A program made the position numbers and the translations under genes. 64,000 nt of DNA, taken from Thermomonas sp. (GTDB lineage: Bacteria; Pseudomonadota; Gammaproteobacteria; Xanthomonadales; Xanthomonadaceae). The stretch is taken from NCBI RefSeq assembly GCF_019104945.1, contig NZ_JAHRWW010000017.1, positions 8,033-72,032 on the forward strand, given 5' to 3'. Positions 28,591 through 38,107 of this stretch are shown piece by piece; the stretch's first letter is position 1, and each line of letters begins with the position of its first letter. The notes below the pieces were generated by a model. That model saw nothing but the letters and a program-made list of their open reading frames with translations, did not search any database and was not told the DNA's origin.

Positions 28591-28681
28591 TGGCGGAGAG
28601 GGGGGGATTCGAACCCCCGATGCGCTATAAACGCATGCCTGATTTCGAGTCAGGTACATTCAACCACTCTGCCACCTCTCC
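28591..28681 (-). tRNA. tRNA-Ser (anticodon CGA)
   Basis: 91-nt class II tRNA GGAGAGGTGGCAGAGTGGTTGAATG; anticodon arm CCTGA-CTCGAAA-TCAGG; long variable arm; encoded CCA. Confidence 0.9.
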
Positions 28682-28765
28682 GGAAGTGGGCCGCAAATGA
28701 TACGGCGATCGCGGCCGAACGGCAAGCAGGCACCACAAATTCCGCTTGCCCTGTACCATCACCCT

Positions 28766-31117
28766 ATGAGCAAACCTCCTAGCAAGCGCGGCGCAGGCCG
28801 CAAAATGCCCGAAAAAGGGCGCGGCCCGCGCAAGCTTCCCGCTTGGATGCCGGATGTTGCGGCGACTCCATCGAAAGACCCGCATGCGCACCGCGAAGCG
28901 CAGCGCTACGACAACCCTATTGCCAGCCGGGAAATGCTGCTGCAGGTGCTGGCCGCAAGCGATGGCCCGATGGACGCTTGGGAGCTTGCGCAGAAATTGG
29001 CGCTCACCGCGCCAGATCGCTTCGATGCGCTACAAAAGCGCCTAGGTGCGATGCTACGTGCGGGGCAGTTGCTGCAGAATCGACGCGGCGGCTATGTCCC
29101 CGCCGCGCGTGCAGAGCTCATCACCGGTAGCGTGATCGCCAACCCCGATGGGTTTGGCTTTCTGCGCCCGGAGCAGGGCGGCGATGATTTGTTTTTACCG
29201 CCCTATGAAATGCGTAAGGTCTGCCACGGCGATCGTGTGCTGGTGAGCATCACCGGGATGGACTATCGCGGGCGTGGTGAAGCCAGCATTGTGGAAGTGC
29301 TGGAGCGGCGCCTAACTCGGCTATTAGGGCGCTATACCGAAGAGCTAGGTGTGGCGTATGTGGTGCCGGATGATCGCCGGATTCAGCGCAACGTCTTGAT
29401 CCCGCAGGACGCACGCAATGGTGCGAAGAGTGGGCAGCTCGTGGTGGCCGAAATTACCACGCCGCAAGACGCGCACCGCCCGCCGATTGGCCGCGTGCTG
29501 GCGGTATTGGGCGATAAGCTCACCGCCAGTCAAGCGGTGGAAGCGGCGATCCATGGGCACGATATTCCGCATGAATTCTCGCCCGAGGTGCTGGCGCAGG
29601 CTACGGCCATTGCGCTGGAAGTGAGCGCTACAGAAGCTACCGAGCGCGTGGATCTGCGCCGCGTTCCGCTGATTACCATCGACGGTGAGGACGCCAAAGA
29701 TTTTGACGACGCGGTGTGGTGCGAGCCAAATGCCGATGGTTTCCGCTTGATCGTGGCGATTGCCGATGTTTCGCACTATGTGCAGCCGGGTAGTCCGCTG
29801 GACGATGAGGCGCAAAAGCGCGCAACGTCGGTGTATTTCCCAGGGTTTGTCGTGCCGATGCTGCCGGAGACGTTGAGTAACGGCATCTGCTCGCTCAACC
29901 CGAATGTGGATCGCCTGTGTTTCGTTTGCGATATGCAGATTGGTCGCGATGGCGCAGTGGGTGAGTCACGTTTTTATGAAGCTGTGATGCATTCCCATGC
30001 GCGGCTCACTTATACCGACGTTTGGAATGCGGTGGGCGACGGCATTTTGGAGGATGACCACGCCGCGGCACTGGCTAAGATAGGGGCGCAATTGCCGCAG
30101 GTGCAGCGCTTGCATCAGCTCTATCAAATTTTGGACAGGGCGCGCGCCAAGCGCGGCGCGATTGAGTTTGAAAGTGGTGAAGTGCGTTTTGTATTGGATG
30201 CCAAGGGGGCAGTGACTCAAGCCGGGATGCTGCAGCGAAATGATGCGCATAAGCTGATTGAAGAGTGCATGATCGCCGCCAATGTGCAGGCGGCGCGCCA
30301 TCTGCTGCAGTCGGGCATTCCCGCACCGTTCCGTGATCACGACAAGCCGCCAGAATCCAAATACGCAGACCTTGAAGAGTTCCTCAAAGAATTTACCCTG
30401 CGCCTACCACCGTGGGCCAAAGTGCGGCCCAAAGATTTTCGCGCGCTGCTTGAAAAAATACGCGAGCGCCCCGATGCTGCGTTACTCGAGTCGGTGATCT
30501 TGCGCAGCCAGTCGCTGGCGGTGTATGCCCCCGACAATATCGGCCACTTTGGGCTGGCGCTAGAGGCTTATGCCCATTTCACCTCGCCTATTCGCCGCTA
30601 TGCCGATCTCTTGGTGCATCGTGCGCTGAAATACGCCCTGCGCGGCGGGCGGCGTGAAGCCTACATATATTCGCCGCACGATATGGCCACCTTAGCCCTG
30701 CAGTGTTCCGAACGTTCGCGCCGGGCCGACGAAGCGCAGCGTGAAGTGGACGAGCGTTACCGCGCTGCGTGGATGGAAACCCACGTGGGCAAAGAGTTTG
30801 AAGGGGTGATCAGCGGCGTCACCAGCTTTGGCCTGTTTGTGGAGTTGGACGAGTCCAAAGTCAACGGACTGGTGCACGTGACCCAGCTGCCGCGTGATTT
30901 TTATCAGTTCGACGCGGTGCGTAAAACCTTGAGCGGCGAGCGCCGTGGCCACGCCTACCGGCTAGGTGATCGCGTGCGGATCGTGGTGCTCAAAGCCAGC
31001 GTGGAGGAGCGCAAGATCGACTTCCGCCTCGTGGAAGAGGGGGATGGCTATGCCAAAGGTGTGAAGCCACTACCGGAGCGCGGCAAGCCGGCGAAGCGGA
31101 AAAAACAGCCGTATTGA
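28766..31117 (+). CDS. rnr: Ribonuclease R
   Basis: Listed ORF is 28697..31117. ATG 28766 preferred (basic N-terminus MSKPPSKRGAGRK). RNB-domain motifs ITIDGEDAKDFDDAV and HFGLALEAYAHFTSPIRRYADL. C-terminal S1 domain and Lys-rich tail. Confidence 0.92.
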   Translation: MSKPPSKRGAGRKMPEKGRGPRKLPAWMPDVAATPSKDPHAHREAQRYDNPIASREMLLQVLAASDGPMDAWELAQKLALTAPDRFDALQKRLGAMLRAGQLLQNRRGGYVPAARAELITGSVIANPDGFGFLRPEQGGDDLFLPPYEMRKVCHGDRVLVSITGMDYRGRGEASIVEVLERRLTRLLGRYTEELGVAYVVPDDRRIQRNVLIPQDARNGAKSGQLVVAEITTPQDAHRPPIGRVLAVLGDKLTASQAVEAAIHGHDIPHEFSPEVLAQATAIALEVSATEATERVDLRRVPLITIDGEDAKDFDDAVWCEPNADGFRLIVAIADVSHYVQPGSPLDDEAQKRATSVYFPGFVVPMLPETLSNGICSLNPNVDRLCFVCDMQIGRDGAVGESRFYEAVMHSHARLTYTDVWNAVGDGILEDDHAAALAKIGAQLPQVQRLHQLYQILDRARAKRGAIEFESGEVRFVLDAKGAVTQAGMLQRNDAHKLIEECMIAANVQAARHLLQSGIPAPFRDHDKPPESKYADLEEFLKEFTLRLPPWAKVRPKDFRALLEKIRERPDAALLESVILRSQSLAVYAPDNIGHFGLALEAYAHFTSPIRRYADLLVHRALKYALRGGRREAYIYSPHDMATLALQCSERSRRADEAQREVDERYRAAWMETHVGKEFEGVISGVTSFGLFVELDESKVNGLVHVTQLPRDFYQFDAVRKTLSGERRGHAYRLGDRVRIVVLKASVEERKIDFRLVEEGDGYAKGVKPLPERGKPAKRKKQPY

Positions 31118-31152
31118 AGCAAGGTTAGGCGACATTCCGGCACAATAGCGCC

Positions 31153-31896
31153 ATGAGTAAATCTTCCCAATGGGTGGTTGGCCTCAACGCGGTCGCGTCC
31201 GCGTTGGAGCACGACGCCAAACATGTGCATGAAGTGCTGCTGGAAGCCGGTAGCAAAAATCCGCGGATTGCGGACATCGAGCAGCAGGCGCGGCGTAAAG
31301 AGATCGACGTGCGCCGGGTCACCGCGCAGGCGCTGGATGGCGTGGCCGGTGGATTGCGCCATCAGGGCGCGGTGGCGCGCTATGCGGCCGCGAAAACCTG
31401 GGATGAGCACGAGCTAGTAGGCTTGGTTGAAGCGGCCGAAGGGCGCGCCTTGCTGCTGGTGCTCGACGGTGTGCAAGACCCACACAATCTGGGCGCCTGT
31501 CTGCGCAGCGCGGCAGCGGCGGGCGCAACGGCGGTCATCATTCCCAAAGATAAAGCGGTGCAGCTCAATGCCACCGTACGCAAGACCTCGGCGGGCGCGG
31601 CAGATATTCTGCCGGTCTTCAGTGTGACCAATCTTTCCCGCACACTGCGTGATCTGCAAAAAGCCGGTGTTTGGATTTATGGGTTAGCGGGTGAAGCCGA
31701 GACCTCGCTGTATGCGCTGGACCTCACCGGCAATGTGGCGTTGGTGATGGGCAGCGAGGGCGATGGCATGCGCCGCCTGACCCGCGAGAACTGCGATCAG
31801 CTGGTGAAAATACCGATGCCCGGCGGCTTTGAAAGCCTCAATGTCTCCGTGGCAACCGGGGTTAGCCTCTTTGAAGCGGTGCGCCAGCGAGGCTAA
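31153..31896 (+). CDS. rlmB: 23S rRNA (guanosine2251-2'-O)-methyltransferase RlmB
   Basis: 247 aa SpoU/TrmH family. VLDGVQDPHNLGACLRSA, VMGSEGDGMRRL, SLNVSVATG. Conserved rnr-rlmB pairing. Confidence 0.9.
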   Translation: MSKSSQWVVGLNAVASALEHDAKHVHEVLLEAGSKNPRIADIEQQARRKEIDVRRVTAQALDGVAGGLRHQGAVARYAAAKTWDEHELVGLVEAAEGRALLLVLDGVQDPHNLGACLRSAAAAGATAVIIPKDKAVQLNATVRKTSAGAADILPVFSVTNLSRTLRDLQKAGVWIYGLAGEAETSLYALDLTGNVALVMGSEGDGMRRLTRENCDQLVKIPMPGGFESLNVSVATGVSLFEAVRQRG

Positions 31897-32016
31897 AAGC
31901 CCCTAACGCAGACATGTGAAGAAGAGTTTCCCTTCTTACCTGAACGTGCGCTAACATCGCATGGCGATCGCTCGCGACAACAAACAACAACAACACTTAT
32001 GACACACGGGGAATCC

Positions 32017-32280
32017 ATGTCAAAATCGCAGTCTTTGCAGGACCCATTCCTGAACGCTTTGCGCCGTGAGCGCGTCCCGGTTTCAATCTATCTGGTCAAC
32101 GGCATCAAGCTGCAGGGGACGATTGAATCGTTCGACCAATTTGTTGTGCTGCTGCGCAATACCGTCAGCCAGATGGTCTATAAGCACGCCATTTCCACCG
32201 TGGTACCTGCACGCAATGTGCGTTTGGGGAGTGCTTCCGGGCAGGGCGGTGAAGACGCGGCGGCAGACGATTCTGAATAA
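32017..32280 (+). CDS. hfq: RNA chaperone Hfq
   Basis: Start ATG 32017, giving [52 protein letters not shown] lies 5 nt upstream. Confidence 0.95.
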   Translation: MSKSQSLQDPFLNALRRERVPVSIYLVNGIKLQGTIESFDQFVVLLRNTVSQMVYKHAISTVVPARNVRLGSASGQGGEDAAADDSE

Positions 32281-32328
32281 TCGATGCGGGGCTTGTAAAT
32301 GCGGGAACATGCCCGCATTTACACGGTA

Positions 32329-33657
32329 ATGCCAACTCAACTGTTTGACCGTTCGCGCGGTGGCGAGAACGCACTGCTGATCCAACCCTATGCCGGAGGC
32401 CCGCCGGCGGAAGGTGTGTTGGAAGAATTTACTGAACTGACGCGCTCGGCAGGGGCCAGCGTGCTGGCTACTTTGAACGCACGGATTGATAAGCCGAACC
32501 CGTCGATTTTGATCGGCACAGGGAAGCTGGAAGAAGTCAAAGCCGCCTGCGACGCGGTGGGTGCGGACTTGGTGCTCATCAATCACGCGCTCACACCCAT
32601 CCAAGAGCGTAACTTGGAGCGCGCGCTGGAGCGCCGCGTGGTGGACCGCACGGGGCTGATTCTCGATATCTTCGCCCAACGTGCGCGCAGCCATGAGGGC
32701 AAGCTGCAAGTGGAACTTGCCCAGTTGCGGCATATGGCTACACGCTTGGTGCGCGGCTGGACCCACTTAGAGCGCCAGCGTGGCGGCTCGATTGGCCTGC
32801 GTGGGCCGGGTGAAACCCAGCTAGAAACCGACCGCCGCCTGCTGCAAAAACGCGTGGAAATGTTGCAAAAGCGTTTGGAGAAAGTGGATGTGCAGCACGC
32901 GCAAATGCGCCGTGCGCGTGTGCGCAGCGAACTGCCGCGCGTGGCCTTGGTGGGCTATACCAATGCCGGGAAATCCACACTGTTCAATGCCTTAACCGGC
33001 GCGGATGCCTATGCCGCGGATCAGCTCTTTGCCACGCTTGACCCCACCGTGCGCCGCATCGAACTGCCGGGTGGCAATGTGGTGCTGGCCGATACCGTAG
33101 GGTTTGTGCGCGATCTTCCGCACGAACTGGTGGCGGCGTTTCGTTCGACCTTGAGCGAAGCGCGTGAGGCCGATCTTTTGCTACACGTCATCGACGCCGA
33201 CGACCCGCTGCGCGATGAGCGCATGGCGCAGGTGGATGAGGTGCTGCATGACATCGGCGCAGGAGATATTCCGCAGCTGCTGATTTTCAATAAGATTGAC
33301 CGTATTGAAGGCGCGCTGCCGCGTTTGGATCAGCGCGAAACCGATTATTCCGCCGTCTGGCTGTCTGCGCGCGAGCGGCAGGGGCTGGAATTACTCAATA
33401 CTGCGCTGGAGCAGCGGCTTGGGCTGCAGCGTGTGGCGGGTCAAATTAGCCTTCCGGTAGATGCCGGGCGGCTGCGTTCGCGGCTGCACGCCATTGCGGC
33501 TGTGCGCGCCGAATGCCACGAGGCCGACGGCTGGCAACTCACCGTTGATTTACCACTCGCCGACGCCATGCGGCTTGCCGCACAACCGGATGGCTTACCC
33601 TTACGTTCACTTTTGCCGACAGAAATACCGGCACTTCCCGTAGAATCTCACGCATGA
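32329..33657 (+). CDS. hflX: GTPase HflX
   Basis: Listed ORF is 32299..33657. ATG 32329 (MPTQLFDRSRGGENALLIQ) fits the usual MFDR-type N-terminus; the start remains uncertain. G-domain motifs GYTNAGKST and DTVGF. Confidence 0.9.
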   Translation: MPTQLFDRSRGGENALLIQPYAGGPPAEGVLEEFTELTRSAGASVLATLNARIDKPNPSILIGTGKLEEVKAACDAVGADLVLINHALTPIQERNLERALERRVVDRTGLILDIFAQRARSHEGKLQVELAQLRHMATRLVRGWTHLERQRGGSIGLRGPGETQLETDRRLLQKRVEMLQKRLEKVDVQHAQMRRARVRSELPRVALVGYTNAGKSTLFNALTGADAYAADQLFATLDPTVRRIELPGGNVVLADTVGFVRDLPHELVAAFRSTLSEAREADLLLHVIDADDPLRDERMAQVDEVLHDIGAGDIPQLLIFNKIDRIEGALPRLDQRETDYSAVWLSARERQGLELLNTALEQRLGLQRVAGQISLPVDAGRLRSRLHAIAAVRAECHEADGWQLTVDLPLADAMRLAAQPDGLPLRSLLPTEIPALPVESHA

Positions 33658-33698
33658 CCACACAAAGCAGCGGCCCGCGCGGGCCAAGAGCGGCCTGG

Positions 33699-34769
33699 AT
33701 GGCCTGGAATAAACCCGGTGGCGGCGGACGCAACGTCGGCGGCGGGTTTGGACAGTTTCTCAATAAACTGCCGGACTTCGGTGGTGGTGGCGGGCCTTTG
33801 CGCTGGGCCGCCATCCTGCTGGGCCTGTGGCTGGTGTTCAACTGTTTCGTGCTGGTGGCCGAACAGCAGCGCGGCGTGGTGCTGCGTTTTGGCCAGTTCG
33901 ATCGCATCATGCAGCCGGGGCCTAACTTCAAAATGCCGTGGCCGATCGAGCGTGTGATCAAGGTCAACGCCACCCAAATTAAAAATTATGAAGATCGCGT
34001 GCCGGTGCTGACTTCCGACGAAAATATCGTAGAAGTGGCGATCAACGTGCAGTACAAGGCCGTGGACGCCAAGCTCTATCTGTTTGGTACGCGTGATGGT
34101 GATGAAGTGCTGCGCCAAGCCGCACTGAGTACGGTGCGCGAACTCGTGGGCCGTTCCAAACTGGACACCGTATTGGGCGCGCGCGAACAGCTCTCGGTAG
34201 CCGCACGCGACCGGCTGCAAAAATCGCTGGAGGCCTATCGCACGGGGCTTACCGTGACCGAACTCAACCTGCCCGATGCGCGCCCGCCGCAGCAGGTGAA
34301 GCCTGCGTTTGATGACGTCAACAGCGCCCAGCAAGATCAGCAGCGTTTGATTTCGGAAGCGCGCGCGTATGCGGCTAAGATTGTGCCGGAGGCGCGCGGC
34401 CAAGCGGCGCGCGTACGCACCGTGGCGGAAGGTTATAAAACGGCGGAAATCGCCCGCGCTACTGGTGACGCGGAACGCTTTAGTCTTTTGGTGGCGCAGT
34501 ATAAAGGTGCGCCGGAAGTGACCCGCAAGCGCCTGTGGCTGGAAACCGTGCAAGACGTGCTGGCCAAGAACCGCAAGGTGGTGGGTGGCGATGGTCGTCA
34601 GCTAATTTATGTGCCCATGGACGCGAGCAGTGCCACGCCTGCGCCGCAGGCTCCCGTGGTGCTGCCGGATATGACCGGGTCCGCACCGCAAGCGACAACC
34701 CAAGACAATAACCCGGCGCGGCCGGGGCGCAGTGGCCGCTCGACCGGCCGTGATGAGGTGGTGCGATGA
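33699..34769 (+). CDS. hflK: FtsH protease modulator HflK
   Basis: The conserved HflK N-terminus MAWNKPGGGG begins at ATG 33699. The longer ORF from 33654 overlaps the hflX stop as ATGA and is an alternative start. SPFH/band-7 domain. Confidence 0.88.
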   Translation: MAWNKPGGGGRNVGGGFGQFLNKLPDFGGGGGPLRWAAILLGLWLVFNCFVLVAEQQRGVVLRFGQFDRIMQPGPNFKMPWPIERVIKVNATQIKNYEDRVPVLTSDENIVEVAINVQYKAVDAKLYLFGTRDGDEVLRQAALSTVRELVGRSKLDTVLGAREQLSVAARDRLQKSLEAYRTGLTVTELNLPDARPPQQVKPAFDDVNSAQQDQQRLISEARAYAAKIVPEARGQAARVRTVAEGYKTAEIARATGDAERFSLLVAQYKGAPEVTRKRLWLETVQDVLAKNRKVVGGDGRQLIYVPMDASSATPAPQAPVVLPDMTGSAPQATTQDNNPARPGRSGRSTGRDEVVR

Positions 34770-35629
34770 GATTTCATGCCTGGATGGCCGGTGCGGTAGC
34801 GGCGTTGATGCTGCTGATGGGCTCGGTGTTTGTGGTGAATGAAGGCCATACCGCCATCGTGTTGAATTTAGGCCGCGTGTCGCGGGTGAATCTGCAGCCG
34901 GGGCTGCATTTCAAGTGGCCGCTAGTGGAGTCGGCACGGGTGTTTGATAAACGTCTGCAGGTGCTGCCTGCGGAGCCGGAACGCTACCTGACCTCCGAAC
35001 GTAAAGACGTCAGCGTGGATTTCTTTGCCGTGGGCCAGATAGAAGACGCGCGCGCCTTCTATCGTGCGACTGGCGGCGATGAGTCGGCGGCCATTGCCCG
35101 CCTTGCCCCCATCATCAAAGACGCACTGCGTAATGAGATCAACGCGCGCACCTTGCAAGAGGCGGTGTCGGGCGACCGCACAACGATTGTCAAAAGTCAG
35201 CTGGGGATTATCAACCGCGGCGCTTCCACCTTGGGCGTGCGCATCTTGGATTTGCGCATCAAACAGTTGGATCTACCTACCGATAGCCGCGTGATCGACG
35301 ACGTGTATAACCGCATGCGCGCCCAGCGTCAGCAGGTAGCCAGCCGTCTGCGCGCCGAGGGTGAAGAGCAGGCTAATGAAATCCGCGCCGGTGCCGACCG
35401 TGATCAGCAGGTGATCTTGGCCGAAGCCGAACGCGATGCACAAAAATCGCGCGGTGAAGGGGACGCGGAAGCGGCGCGTATTTATGCCGAAGCGGCCAAC
35501 CGTGATCCAAGCTTCTACGCCTTCCAGCGTAGCCTTGAGGCATATCGCAAGGCGTTCTCCAATAACGATAGCGTGATCGTGCTGGAGCGCAATGATCCGT
35601 TCCTGCAATACATGCGCAGCGATCGTTAA
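34766..35629 (+). CDS. hflC: FtsH protease modulator HflC
   Basis: 287 aa SPFH-domain protein. VFVVNEGHTAIVLNLGR. ATGA overlap with the hflK stop. Confidence 0.92.
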   Translation: MRFHAWMAGAVAALMLLMGSVFVVNEGHTAIVLNLGRVSRVNLQPGLHFKWPLVESARVFDKRLQVLPAEPERYLTSERKDVSVDFFAVGQIEDARAFYRATGGDESAAIARLAPIIKDALRNEINARTLQEAVSGDRTTIVKSQLGIINRGASTLGVRILDLRIKQLDLPTDSRVIDDVYNRMRAQRQQVASRLRAEGEEQANEIRAGADRDQQVILAEAERDAQKSRGEGDAEAARIYAEAANRDPSFYAFQRSLEAYRKAFSNNDSVIVLERNDPFLQYMRSDR

Positions 35630-35632
35630 TGT

Positions 35633-35821
35633 ATGAGCGACCTCTGGGCCGCACTGTGTTTAGTCGCGATTATTGAGGGGCTGCTACTGTTTGCAGCCCC
35701 AGCGGCGTGGAAGCGCACCGTTGAGCAAATGCTGGCGCTGAGCGATGAGCAGGTTCGGCGCTTTGGCGGCGTTATTTTAATGCTGGGGCTGATCTCGCTT
35801 TGGCTGGTGCGTGGAAGCTGA
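35633..35821 (+). CDS. DUF2065 (YjeT-like) small membrane protein
   Basis: 62 aa with two hydrophobic helices. Lies directly after hflC, as yjeT does in enterobacteria. Confidence 0.75.
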   Translation: MSDLWAALCLVAIIEGLLLFAAPAAWKRTVEQMLALSDEQVRRFGGVILMLGLISLWLVRGS

Positions 35822-35864
35822 ACGCCGCCATTCGCCGCCGCGATTGAAAGCAGGTAGAATGCAC

Positions 35865-35891
35865 AAAAGCCGGGGTTCGCCTCGGCTTTTT
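35865..35891 (+). terminator. Rho-independent terminator ending the hfq-hflXKC unit
   Basis: GCCGGGG-ttcg-CCTCGGC (one G:U pair) followed by TTTTT. Confidence 0.7.
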
Positions 35892-35949
35892 CCGTGTTTG
35901 GCGCTTGCTAGCTGCCTCTCGCCCCGATGGCGGGATGGCGTCAAAGTGA

Positions 35950-37302
<1,353 letters not shown>

Positions 37303-37332
37303 AACGGGCATACGCGGTGGTATGCTTGCACC

Positions 37333-38016
37333 ATGCAGCATGCCACCGCCACCACGTTTCCCTTCCCGAACGCTCGGGCCTCTCTTGCGCCGCAAGGCTT
37401 CTCGCGAGAGGAGCTGGCCAATGCGCTGACCCACGGTGTGGGGGCTGCAGCCGCACTCGCGGCCGGTGCGGTACTCATCACTTTAGTGGCCATTTACGGG
37501 GATGGCTGGCAGCTAGCCGGGGCCATTGTGTTTGGTGTGGCGCTGTTGCTGCTGTACACCGCTTCAACGCTGTACCACGCCTTCACCAATCCGGTGCTTA
37601 AAGGGCGCTTAAAGGTTTTTGACCACTGCGCGATCTATCTCTTGATCGCAGGCACCTACACGCCGTTCACCTTAGTCGGCTTGCGCGGCCCGGTGGGTTG
37701 GTGGCTATTCGGCACTATTTGGACGCTGGCGCTGGCAGGGGTGGTGTTCAAACTTTTTTACACGGGGCGCTTCAAAAAGCTCTCAACGCTGATTTATATC
37801 GGCATGGGCTGGCTGGTAATTCTTGCGGTAAAACCCATGCTGCACGCGCTGGGCACCGCGCCACTGCTGTGGCTGCTGGGGGGGGGCGTGGCCTATACCG
37901 CTGGGACATTCTTCTATATGCGTCCGCAACTGCGTTATTCGCACGCGATCTGGCATGGTTTTGTGATTCTAGGTAGCGTCTGCCATTACGCTGCGGTGAT
38001 GCTGCACTTGCTCTAA
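37333..38016 (+). CDS. Hemolysin III / PAQR-family membrane protein
   Basis: 227 aa, seven transmembrane segments. ANALTHGVG, STLYHAF, FDHCAIYLLIAGTYTPF, HAIWHGFVILGS. Confidence 0.85.
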   Translation: MQHATATTFPFPNARASLAPQGFSREELANALTHGVGAAAALAAGAVLITLVAIYGDGWQLAGAIVFGVALLLLYTASTLYHAFTNPVLKGRLKVFDHCAIYLLIAGTYTPFTLVGLRGPVGWWLFGTIWTLALAGVVFKLFYTGRFKKLSTLIYIGMGWLVILAVKPMLHALGTAPLLWLLGGGVAYTAGTFFYMRPQLRYSHAIWHGFVILGSVCHYAAVMLHLL

Positions 38017-38107
38017 TTTCATTTCGCTATGCCGTGACTTCTGGCAGTGCGTGCGCTGATTTTTTCGCAGGATCATTGAGCCCTTGTGCTTTCACATAGG
38101 GGTTGCC

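Noticed and set aside
28436-28700. tRNA-Ser as an integration hotspot, with the PP2C gene as a mini-island.
   Set aside because: There is no integrase and no direct repeat of the tRNA 3' end. The TCGGGGTTCAAT-like string at about 28452 is in the inverted orientation. By eye, the PP2C gene composition looks like its neighbours.
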